A DNA stretch of 64,000 bases from Amphiscolops sp. MND2022 (lineage: Eukaryota), in assembly GCA_964187785.1 (NCBI GenBank), contig OZ076409.1:85934001-85998000 (forward strand), read 5' to 3'. Shown one piece after another: positions 49,501-60,799 of this stretch. Made by a program: the position numbers and the translations under genes. The notes beneath the pieces were generated by a model, which made no database searches, was not told the DNA's origin, and saw nothing but the letters and a program-made list of their open reading frames with translations. Positions within the stretch are counted from its first letter, which is position 1; the number at the start of each line of letters is the position of its first letter.

Positions 49501-50843
49501 AGTGTTCACACTGCTTCTTTCCTAGGTCCAGAGCTTCGAATGGTCCCTCATCATGGACAACTTCTTTGCTGCCAAATTGGAGCTTTTTCAACGTTTGGTC
49601 AGCGATTGTGAGTATTCTCAATCTACTAAGATCCCTTTGGTCTGTTGTCCTTTTAAGGACCATTGATTTGTGAATTTCAGATGTCACCAGCTTCGTCACC
49701 AATTTGAGTCAGAGACGTGATGCCTCCTTCTTCCTCTGCGGCGAAGTGTGCAAATACATCAACCGCCTTTGCTTCCGCATCTTCCAGCTGGATACAGTGC
49801 CACTAGAGAACGCCTGGTTCTTATTGATGAATTTCCAGCTCAACCAGGGCACATTCATGGAAGACGAGGACTTTCTGGTGCGTCTCAAGATCGCTGGCAA
49901 AGTTACTACAGCAAGCAACTTGAAAGCAGCTGGACTCCACTTCAACAAGAAGTCCAGTAAAGCAGCGATTAGTAAGACTGCTGACCAGGCCAAATTGGAT
50001 TTCGCAGCAAGCGCCAGGAGTTATATCAAGTTCCTGTTGTCGGAGGTTCTCCAACATACTGAACTTAGTTCCGAACTTATCAAAGGGTTGGCAGCGTTCG
50101 ACCCATACATCCTATTCAAACGACCAGTGGATGTTGCTTTGCGCCATTTTGATTGCCTGTACTCCACATTCCAGCTGCGTTTCTGGGTCTCGGAATTCAA
50201 CGAGTCAGCTTGCCGAGACGAGTATGTTGCCCTATTGGACCACCTCCGGAACAATCACTCCGCTGAGTTTAGTTCAGCCAAGGATCCCCCTGATCTCATC
50301 GATTTCTTCATGAATTTGGAATTCCTTCAGTCCCATGATCATCTTTGCTATTTGTTTAAGTTAAGCTGTCTTTGCATAACTACTATCAGTCCTGAATATC
50401 CCCCAGTTTCCTTTGGGAGAATCGGTATAACAGGGCTTCAGTCCCGTTTGGTAGACGTGATCTTACCCTGCCAAAGTTATTTGACTTCAGATCCTGATTC
50501 CCTGCTAGCCTGCTGCACTGAGCCCCAACTTGAGAAGTTCCAGCAGCTGTCTTCTTCTTTCGGGCAATCCGCTTTCGCCGCCGATTATGACCCTTGGCCT
50601 TTTGTAGACGGTTTCGGCCGGACTGCTATTTACAAGACCCTTGTCACTTCTTACCGTTCTATCCCTTCTGGGTCAGAGTTTCAATTTCGTAGCCCCACTA
50701 TAGCAGATACCTCATCTATCCCTGATGCCTCTGCAGTAAAACTTCCCAGTGATAGCAAGCGAAGACGAATGGAGAGGGCCATTTCGCGTTCTAGGGCTTC
50801 GTCTGTTGCCGACGAATCTTCAGCTAGCAGTTCTAAAAACTAA
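46573..50843 (+). CDS. Antisense spliced accessory gene; BED-like Zn finger, hAT-transposase-like layout without catalytic residues
   Basis: Exons 46573(or 47062)-48600, 48700-49185, 49281-49415, 49526-49607 and 49681-50843, joined by GT-AG introns, keep frame to the stop. One in-frame TGA at 47053-47055 (mutation or an additional intron). Confidence 0.85.
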
Positions 50844-51079
50844 ATGTACATATGTATATATGTACTCTCAAACTGTAAACTTTGTTTATTTCTTTTGTTG
50901 AATTTTCATTTCTGTTTTTTTCTTTTCCTTTGCCCCGTATTTATTCTTCTGAAGGGGTTTTGTTGGCTGTCCCAATTATTTATTCAAAAGATTCGCCTTG
51001 GGACTAAAAGATAAAAGATAAAAAGAGAAAATAGGCAAAACAATTCAGGGCTAGTTTCCTGAATCGAATTTAATTTTCT

Positions 51080-54000
51080 CTAGTATCTATAGTCTTCTGA
51101 GTAGTTTGGGTTGGGGTTAGGCCTGAGGTTATATTTTCCTCCTCTAGGGCTCAGGCTTTCATTTCTAGCATCGTTTTCAGATATTTCGGGCACGATAATA
51201 TCATCCCCCCTATTTGGAGAATTTTGTGCATCGTTTTCATTCAGCGAATTTCTTTCTGACAAAATTTCATGATTTTCCGGTGCATTTGCTGTACTCGGTA
51301 AAGATTTTTCTTGAGTGTTTGGGCTAGCGGCCGGATTCGGCCAATCAGATGCTTTATTTCTATTTGCATCATTATCTTCATTTCTCGTTGTGACGTTGTC
51401 ACTTAAGCGGTCATTCCGGCTGTGTGCCGTATTGTCTTTATTCGTTTCTCGCGTGATTATATAATCCGCGTCACTCTCGTTTGCGTCATTGTTAATTTGT
51501 GTCGTACTCGGCTGTTCGCCATTCGGTAAGCTAGTCGGAATAGCTTCGTTGTCTCGTGTAGTTAGCTGCTCGCCAAAGTCGGTTTCCCACGTTATGATGT
51601 ATAAGTCATCCTGCGGAATAACAATTTCTTCGTCTGGCTGCAAGCGTTGCTCTCGGAAATTGTCCTCAAGCGGTTGATTGGGGACAAATTTTTTAAGGCG
51701 AATTCGATGCAATATTTGAGTTTTGTTTGTATTAAGCCGTACAATGTAATTCTCATTTGGTAAGACTTTTTGCACTATGAATGGACCAACCCAACGATAA
51801 TCGCGGAATGGGATTTTCGATCCTTGATGGTCCGCTTTCGGCTGTAAGACAAAACAGAATTCATTCTCCTTCAATGGAGCAGCTTTCGCTTTGCGGTCAT
51901 AATATTCCTTGTATTTGATATATGACTGCATAATATTTTGCTTCGTTTTGTCTATTAGGGTTTTCGTCCTGTTCTGGATTTCTTCAGCAAATTCGGTTGT
52001 AGGGCTGATCTTTTCGTTTGGATTATTTCCAAGCTTATGATCCAGGATATTGTAGGGAATTCGGCCATGGAATACTCTCGTTGGTTCACAGCCGATGCTG
52101 GCATGGTAACTTGTATTATGATTCAGTACTGCTAATGGCAAGTATTTATGCCATTGTCGGCGGTATTCCCCACATGCCATTTTGAGATTTGTCTTTAATG
52201 AGGCATGGGTCCGCTCCAATTTCCCAATTGTTTGCGGGTGTTTCGTCGTCGCACATTTGAGTGTAATTCCCAAAATTTGCGTAACCTCCGCGATAATTGT
52301 AGAAGTAAATGCGGTACCTTTGTCAGTGATAAGCGTTGTTGGCAAGTACGCATGTTTTGTCATGATATCAATGAGCGCTTTTGCTACATTGATTGCTGAT
52401 GCGTCCGTAAGAGGGTAAGCAAACAAATATCTAGAAAATACATCGATTGCCGTTAGGACGTTTTCGTATCCTCCACTTGGGGGAAGATTCGGCCGTAAGT
52501 CAATCTGCATGGCGTCTTCAGGTCCAAGGTCCCATTCGGACAAATTGAGCAGTTCAGGTGTGATCGTTGCATTAGGGACTCTCTTGTCTCTGGCACATTG
52601 TTCACACCCTTCTACCTACTTTTTGACGTGTTTAGCCATGCTAGGGTAGTAATATCTCTGTCTGATTTCCTGCAGCATTTTTGAAATTCCGGGGTGTTTA
52701 TGCGCTGTCTCGTGAAGGGATTGAAGCAATTCCCGGAGTAAATGTTGCGGGAGTAAAATCTGATGGTATTTCACATTCCCTGTCTCATCAAAATATTGCC
52801 TTGTCAGGATTTCGTCTTTTAGGGCAATTCGTTCCATATTGTTTGCATAATGTTTGTATCGGGCGTCCTGGTGCAGTATGTTCTCTGAGTAATCTTCATG
52901 AAGGAGCTTTGCCTTCAGCTGCTGCAATACTGCATCTTTGGACTGCTCGATAATGATCTGGTTCGTTTTCCTTAGACGGACTTGGATATCTGGTTGTTGT
53001 TTTACCAGATTTGTAGACAGAGTTTGTATTGTGACAGTGGGCTCTTCGATCACTGGATTTGTCGTGATTGCTTCTTTTCTTGCCCAGTACTGTTCCTCTG
53101 TCTCATCGTCATCGTTTGTGTAGAATATTTGTTCCTCTTGGGATACTCCTGAGGATTGGACATTGATTTCTATTGGTAAGGTTTGCACGTCTTCCCGAAT
53201 TTTCATGACCAATTTGTCCTTCGGGTCTGCCTCCAATCGGGACAGATAATCTGCGGCTGTATTTTGTGCCCCCGGGATATGCGCTATGACAAAATTAAAC
53301 TGAATCACATAATCACACGCATTCCAGAGTGTTGGGGGTATAATTTTCGTCTGGAAAAATCTTGTTACAGCCTTATTGTCAGTAAGGATTATGACCGGTT
53401 TGGGCGCACCCCAGAATATATGCCCAAATTCTTTGAATGCAAAGTAAATTGCCAAAAACTCTTTGGCATATATTGACATCTTGATTTGAGCTGGGGTGAA
53501 GGTTTTTGAACCATATGCCACCGGTGCATAGGATTTTCGAAGAGAAGTAAATTTCTGGTTCGGATCGTCTTCTATCAGTACTGCGTATCCAGCTGCACCG
53601 AAACTTGCGTCCGTCATTAGTGCTATTTGTTTGTTCGGGATGGGTTGTTGTAGGGCCAGGTCGCAACATTTGTCTAGTGCTCTATTGATTTCTTCGAATT
53701 GTTGGACTAATTCTTTCGATACTAGGACCTTTTCGTCACTTTTGAGCATCTTGTAGAATGGAGCAAGGCGTTCGGAGAGTCTTGGGACATAATTCCTGTA
53801 ATAGTTTAGGAATCCCAAGTAGCGCTGTAAAGCCTTTTTCGACTTCGGGAATTTGGTCTTTTCCAGAAAGTTTTGCACATTCTGTTTCTGGGGTTTGACG
53901 CCTTGTGGGGTAATAGTCCGTCCGAGAAAATCGATTTCTTTTGCACCGAAATGACATTTGTGCATTGTTAACTTAAGGCCTGCTTCCTGAATGCATTTGA

Positions 54001-56281
54001 ATGTAGCTCTCAGGTTCGTCATGAGGTGGTCAACATCATTGGCTGCGATGCCGATATCGTCCACATACTGGGCACACTGATCCGCTTTGATGACTTTGTC
54101 GAGGTATTCCCTCATGAAACTTGAGAATGCGGATAGTGACCGGCTAAGGCCTTGTGCCAAACGTCTGTAGGTGAATGTGCGACTGGCAAAATTGAAAGCT
54201 AACATTTCGATTGAGCGTTGGTCGGCCATTGGTAGGCAGTGGTATGCCTGCGAACAGTCTAATTTACAGAACAGTTTTTTGCCTGCCAAGTGTTGGGCAG
54301 CATCAACTAGTGTGCTGACGGGGTGATTATTGTTGATGTAATCATCCGAGATGAGGTTGTTGATTTTTCTCAAGTCAACCAAGAGTCGGAGTTTCCCATT
54401 CGGTTTCTTTTGTGCGAATATTGGACTTGCGTATTTCGAAAATGGCAGTGTAGTCATTATGCCATATTTGTGTAACATGGCTAATTCGACGAGGATGTCC
54501 TCCTTCAGGTTAATAGGAGCTGGGAGACTTTGACTATAGGCTGGGGAATCGTCCTTAGGCGTCAGTTTCACCTTAAATTCCTCATTCATACCTATATCAA
54601 ATCGGTGTCGTGCAAATATGTCATGGAATTCTACCAGTAACTCTTCAATTTTCTTCTTTTCTTCGGGAGTAAGAGTGGAATCTTTCCAGTCAAAGTTTTC
54701 TAGGAATTTTGCACGTGATTCCTCATCTTTAGTAGGGTCAAGTGTCTCCAGGACCTGTAAGGCCTGTAATTCTTGGAGGATTCGTTTTTGTATGGGCGTA
54801 TGTTCCTCAGGATTTCCAGGATTTTCTGGAGTCGGGAACCAGTAGTTTTCGGAGTTTTGTGGATTTCTATTAGTTTTGATGAGACTGCTGACATAGTGGG
54901 CTGCCTGCTCTTGGTCAGTTTGTAAAAGATGCCAGGTTGATGCCGGGTCTACCGGTTTGACATACTTCATTTGTTCTGGCGTCATAACAGAGAAATTGGC
55001 AATATGAAGTCCCTTTTTGAGTTTATAGGGGTGGTCTGTGAAGTTGTTCACTGGTATCAATATGTTGCCATCATTCAGAGTGACCAAAGCTGGGCAAAAT
55101 GTGATGTCGCCTTCTTCATGTAGAAGGTCGCTCGGTTGCAAAATTCCAGTGACAGCATTCTCAGGGTACAGTAGGGAATCGGTTTTAATTAGGACTTTAT
55201 CATTTGGTGGAATTGTTATTTCAATAGGGTTGAGAATTGGCTCTAATACATTTGAATACTTGTGATCAGCTGTTTTGAGCTGCATCGAAAAGAACGGGAA
55301 ATTCAGTATTCCTTGTCTCATGTCCAGAACTGTATGGTTTCGTTGAAGGAACATTAGGCCGATAATCGGACCTGTCAGGTGTTCCATGACTATAAAAATC
55401 TCATGAAACTCAATGTCACCAACTTCAAATTTGAGCTCTATGGTACTCTTAGGAGTTTCCAATTGCCCATTAGCAACCATGATTTGGAAATTTGGAGGCG
55501 GACCTTCCCGGATAACAGATTGTGGAGATAGGAGTCGAATTTTCCGGAGGTCCATCTCAGGAATTGCACTGGACAGCGCTCCAGTGTCGATAAGTCCGTC
55601 TATGGTCAACTCCCCAAAGTCCATGGGGAAGTACAACATGCGTTTTTTGCATTTGAGATTGATGTTGGTTGACAATGGTACACAGTCTGGTTCACCGTCC
55701 CTGGTGATTAAGACATTCTGGAATTGCTTCTCGTCTAATAGTGATTGTGGTATGGGTTGAGCAACGTCTTCATGGGTCTCGGTCCTCAATGGGTTTGGGA
55801 ACACTGGATGGTTGGTGCCATCATTCATTTGCCAGTTTTCAACTAGTGCTCTGGTCTTTTTATTGTGGGTGATTGGAGGGTTCTCGTGGACCGTTCTATT
55901 ATAGTGCTCGATGTCGTCTAAGACATATTGGAATTGTAGTTGTTCCTGGTTGTAGATTTCTGTGTCCCAATAGGGGTCTCTGCCGTAGTCTGGATCTATG
56001 TAGGTAGGGTTGTAATTGTCAACCAGGGGAATGGGCCTGAATCGGGTAGTGAAGGTAGTAGTATAATCAGGGTCCCAAACAGGAATTGGTTTTTGGAACA
56101 AATGTGTGTTGTTATATGTGATGGTTATTGCTTTGTCCATCTGTTGCTGCCAGACAACAGAGGGATAGCCCATCAATTGTTGTGTATATTGATGAAAATT
56201 TTTCGTTGGAGGATCCGACCTGATGTATTGTCGGACGGATATCAGTTCGTTGTATTGGAGTCGTGGCGAAGTTAGTTTTTT
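51080..56281 (-). CDS. pol: Pol polyprotein (protease, RT, RNase H, integrase with GPF/Y domain); one premature stop
   Basis: LIDTGA, QYVDD, TDAS, DVFSRY..TDKG..ERTH and WVGPF motifs. In-frame TAG at 52616-52618 (KHVKK*VEGCEQC, probably from TGG). Confidence 0.97.
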
Positions 56282-57983
56282 GACTCATCATTGGAAGATG
56301 AGGCCTGTGAGTTGGAAGATGTTGACCTGTTTTGTGGTTTCTGCGCCTTTGAATTGGGTTTACCGTCATTAGCGTCATCTGGTCTGGTGCGTTTGGGTTT
56401 AAGATGCGCACCAGCACCTTGCCAACATCTTTCCTCCGGGTGGTTCTTTTTACCACATGTGCCACACTCTGGATACGTCTTTTTCTGAGTCTGTTTGCCT
56501 TGTTGGGCATCTTTTTCCTTTTTCTTCTTCAATTTTTCACAGTCTTTGACCATATGGCCCTTCTCCTTGCAATAGTTGCAAGTGATATCAGACATTTTCC
56601 CAGTAGTTAGAGGAGTCTTGGATTTTGTTGTCGAGGAGGTCATTGTGGCCATTGGTAGGTCGTCTGATTCCTCAAGGGCATTTAGTTCTAACTCTCTCTC
56701 TAAATGAGCAACTATTTCGTCATAAGAGCCGTTTTCGAGTCTGGCCATGTTTACAGACCGCTTCAGTTTTGGTGGCAGTTTTGCGTAGAGCAAACTGTCA
56801 ATCATTTTCTGCGCGTGATCCCCGAATGCTTTTTCTGCCCCTTGATTTAATTCTTCAAGGAAATCTGGCAGTTTCATCGTGTTGGGATCAAAGACTAGAC
56901 GGTGCCATTTATGTTTGGCAGTCGCCTGTGATTCGGGTTTGACATATTTTCGTCTGAATATTACCAATACGTCCTCTAAAGTCTGTCTATTGCTCGAGCT
57001 GATGTTCCGGAAGGTTTGGAGAGCATTCTTCCTCAGCAGTGAATGGAAGTGATTTATTTTCATCTGTTCCGTCATTTCCGGTTGCATCTTGATCATCGTG
57101 TGGAACAGGTCCTCAAACAGCTCGAATTTTTCACTCTTGCCATCAAAAGTCATTGTGTTTGAATTGACTGGGCGTATAGTGAGTTGTTGGGCTGTCGGCC
57201 TATTCTGCGTCGTTGTCAAGACATCTGCCAGTCGAGTAATAGGGTCAGTTAGAGCAGCCGGAGCATTTCTCTCTTGCGCTGGGATCGTCGTGTCAAGGTT
57301 AATATCATCATAGGACCTGTCGAGATGGTTTCTGGATGAGACTCGTCCCGTGAGAAACTCGGGAACTTGAAGTGGAGATTCGTTGTCTCCTGTCACCATG
57401 TCATGAACATGACGGGCAGATGGTCCACCAGATCGGTATCCATCATTCAGTTCATTTCTACAGTCGGCCTTAGCGTTTGGAATTCGCTGTTCTTCGGCAT
57501 TTGCTTCCGGTCTCTCAACTGGGACTTCCCATCCCCTTCTGGTCTCTCGGCCTGAACCGGCCATTATGACATTCTGTATTTGAGGCAATACTTGACTGCT
57601 AATAGCCTCATTAATGGCCCTTTGGACCAGCGTATCAACATTACTCATCATTTCATCCATCTCACGGGATATCCTAGAGTTTAATTCGCTTGACAACCTG
57701 TTTATCTCAGCTAGTGAGTTTGCTTCAGCTGAGTTTTGACCAAGATCGGCTCTTGTCCTAGGTTCATCATTTCTACAATTTGAAAACAGGCTTTCGCCCT
57801 CGTTGTCTAAGTTATTACTCATGATACTTCTCTCCTTCTAACGGAGTTACTGTCTAAACTCCTTTCTCTTTCAGTTCCATTGTAACGATCGCCTCCTAAC
57901 ATTATATCTAGATTTTCGATATCAGAAAGGATCTCTAGTCCTCTGGACTTTCTAGCCTTCTTTTGTTTTCTTGTAGTAGGCAT
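56272..57983 (-). CDS. gag: Gag with two CCHC zinc knuckles; begins inside the 5' LTR; 1-bp deletion near 57829
   Basis: CNYCKEKGHMVKDC and CGTCGKKNHPEERC. The uninterrupted N-terminus is visible in the 3' LTR copy (ATG at 43694). Confidence 0.93.
56275..56281 (-). other. -1 ribosomal frameshift slippery site A AAA AAC
   Basis: Immediately precedes the gag TAA. The -1 frame (LTSPRLQYNEL..QQLMGYP) is open directly into pol. Confidence 0.85.
57381..57398 (-). other. Primer-binding site (TGGTGACAGGAG...)
   Basis: TGG directly follows the LTR's terminal CA. The cognate tRNA was not determined. Confidence 0.75.
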
Positions 57984-59120
57984 AAGGAAAACTTCGAGTA
58001 TAAAATTGAATTAGATTATATCTCGAAAATAACAGTGAAACCGTTTGTACTAATATGATGGTCTTTTCAGAAGAGAGCAAATTAAGAAGTGTCTCCTCTC
58101 TCAAAGGCACGGGTATTTATACCCCCGAAAGAGTGACACTCTCATTCTTTACATTCTTTGACTAAGACAATGTCATATGACTGCATTTCTGATGGTCACG
58201 GGATGAACGCTATCCATTCCAAATATTATACATCAAAGGAACAATCATTCAACCGTTAGCATCGTTTACATATTTGGCAAAATATTTTCATTGAACAGGT
58301 ATTTGTTGATGTAAGTGCACATACTTTAGCACATGGCAGCACAACAAATATGTTTAGTCTAAATACCTTTCATGGGTACAATGGCAAAAGGCCTGTTAAG
58401 GCAATAACATCAAATTTCATGCAACAGGGTTATACTAGAGCAAAATCGGGCAATTATTTGTTAATAACACAACAAAGCATTAAATAGCACTTCAAATTGG
58501 TACTTCATGATTAACAAAACCTACTACTAAATAAGTACTACTACATGAAATTAGCATCAAATACAAGTGCTTTGTTCATTGTAGACTAAATAGCCGGATT
58601 AGGCCGTCTGCCTGAACTGCATTAATAGCACACTCGTCCAGATTGTACAAAGGCCATAATCGGCAAAGGAGAATAAAGCGTACAAAATGAAGGCATCTGA
58701 TTGGCTAATAGAGTGAGCGCAAGTGACGCTAGCAAGAAAGTACAGAGGACCATTTGAACACGTTTCCGTACTTTCTCTAAGTTGATTGCTGTTATCTCCG
58801 ATTAATACTTCATTGCATTTACAAAACAACAGCACAACACAATCTATGTTAACGGACTAATATACAATTAACATTCAAAACTAAGGTTGTCTGTAAATAA
58901 ATAACAAGCACATTTTTGGTTCGGGAATAGGGAATATGTCCCAGTACGGCCCTTTCGGGTAGTTTTTAAAATAACAAGGCAACAAGATACATAAACAATG
59001 AAAAAGTTTAAAGAAAAGTTTCAGTTTACTTTTAATAAATGGGTAGGGTCCCAGGAGCCACATCTTGGCCAACAGCTGTTGTTGAAATTCTAGTTCCGTC
59101 ACAGGCGGCAGCCTGCGACA
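57399..59120 (-). repeat. 5' LTR (1722 bp)
   Basis: Direct repeat of 43109-44835. Confidence 0.97.
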
Positions 59121-59360
59121 ATTTTTGTTTCAAATTTCTTCCTTTCAGTTCTTTTGATTGCTTCATCTCTGGCATCTCTTTTAGTTTCTTTTCGTTCAAC
59201 AGTTCACAGACAAGAAATAAGTAGCACGCATAACAACAACTCGTTTGCATGTTTCCATTATTTTGTTTGTGTTTGTATGTTGAATCTATCAGGAACTTTT
59301 AATGCTTGGGCGGAATTTATCTCGGAGTTAGCTGGGCGCAAATGCAAAGAAAAAAATAAC

Positions 59361-59474
59361 CAATAAAAGCATCTTCCTTTTCTGGAGCACAATCACAGCG
59401 AAAAGAACGACCATCGGGGACACACACTTCTGTTGTACTGCACAAATTCTTCATCAACTTGCACCTGTCAAAGT
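59361..59474 (-). CDS. EGF-like exon of a host gene
   Basis: 114-bp phase 1-1 exon (TTTCCAG..GTTATT) encoding DFDRCKLMKNLCSTTEVCVPDGRSFRCDCAPEKE. Confidence 0.6.
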
Positions 59475-59604
59475 CTGGAAAATACAATTTCAAAAGTAAT
59501 GAAAATATCAGATCCATGTATTCTTTTACTAACTCTATTTCGAAACTGAAATCAGATTTTCATGGTTATCCACTATTTTTAAAGAACTTGTGTTTGTACT
59601 GTAA

Positions 59605-59804
59605 NNNNNNNNNNNNNNNNNNNNNNNNNNNNNNNNNNNNNNNNNNNNNNNNNNNNNNNNNNNNNNNNNNNNNNNNNNNNNNNNNNNNNNNNNNNNNNNN
59701 NNNNNNNNNNNNNNNNNNNNNNNNNNNNNNNNNNNNNNNNNNNNNNNNNNNNNNNNNNNNNNNNNNNNNNNNNNNNNNNNNNNNNNNNNNNNNNNNNNNN
59801 NNNN
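59605..59804. other. Assembly gap (200 N)
   Basis: Run of N. Confidence 1.
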
Positions 59805-60119
59805 CCCCTGAGATGGTGACACTCACATTCTTTACATAGCAATCTGTTTACAAATTCCATAAAGGGCACATGACTATGTCGGAGTACCATCAACGTCTAT
59901 CCATTTTCACCGCGAAACTGTACAAAGCACTTTAGGAATTCGTCCCGTTAGTGTCTAAGGAGATTCATAGCAAATTCATTCGCAGCAACATTATTTTAGA
60001 TTCACAAAACATAATATGGAATGCGTTCGAGTTGTATTTCCCAAACATAAATACCATCACCAAAGGGAAGCGGAGGAATTCGGCCATATGATATCAGGCA
60101 ACCAACACTCAATGAGCCC

Positions 60120-60798
60120 GACTGTTACAATGGCAAGTTTTTTTCTTTTTTTCGTCAGACCACAGAATGTATGCGTAGTGGACACTTTTTACAGAACTAC
60201 TAAAAGTACTGAACCGGTAAATCGAATCACATCTGAGTTACTGCAAAGGGTCCCCCTTTTCGTGTACTCAATTTTTAACGTAAGATACAAAACCGGACGG
60301 GACTACAGGGTTTTCGAATTTTCTTTTGTCGCCAAACGGTTCCCCCTTCAAGTTTTTTGATTTTTTGCAGCAAACTGAAGTTGCAAAAAGCCCAAAGGAC
60401 CCCATTTCTAGTTTTTAGGTACTGTGAGACTATCAAAATTCTCATTTTTCGTTTTTTTTCGAATTTTTTCAAAAATTTTCAATTTTTTTTTCGTCACCAA
60501 AGGGTCCCCCCTTCAAGTTTTTTGATAATTTGCAGCAAACTGAAGTTTCAAAAAGCCCAAAGGGTCCCCCCTCTCTAATTTTCGGCACTGTGAGACTGTT
60601 TCAAAATTCTCATTTTTCGTTTTTTCGAAAGTTTTTTCAAAAAAAATTTCCGAAGTTTTTCATTGTCTCCTTCAATTTTTTTTCAACAGACTGGAATTTC
60701 AAAAAGCTGAAAGGGTCCCCCCTTTTACACGTTTGGAAACTTAGCGCTTTTTTGAGCCTTAGATATAGCGCCGAATCTAGACGTTCCCGTCTTGTTTA
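60120..60798 (+). mobile_element. Helentron/HINE-like element copy
   Basis: AAAGGGTCCCC subrepeats; end GCGCCGAAT..AGACGTTCCCGTCTTGTTT. Confidence 0.6.
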
Positions 60799-60799
60799 G

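Larger units (their letters stand above)
43109..59120 (-). mobile_element. Full-length 16-kb Ty3/Gypsy LTR retrotransposon with two accessory genes
   Basis: Two ~1.72-kb LTRs (TGTC..GACA), PBS, gag, and pol in PR-RT-RH-INT order. No TSD seen. Confidence 0.97.

Noticed and set aside
49490..49525. Strong GTAAGT donor as the third intron of the antisense gene
   Set aside because: It gives a 36-nt intron and a stop shortly after 49681; the donor at 49416 keeps the frame.
44747..50843. env gene of an errantivirus-like element
   Set aside because: No evident signal peptide, furin site plus fusion peptide, or TM anchor. The large ORF is antisense and spliced.
45518..51079. Independent hAT transposon nested in the Gypsy element
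   Set aside because: No TIR or 8-bp TSD found, catalytic residues absent, and a diverged Gypsy carries the homologue in the same position and orientation.
56112..56510. Alternative-frame ORF as the gag-pol bridge
   Set aside because: It is the +1 frame; the -1 frame at A AAA AAC leads directly into pol.
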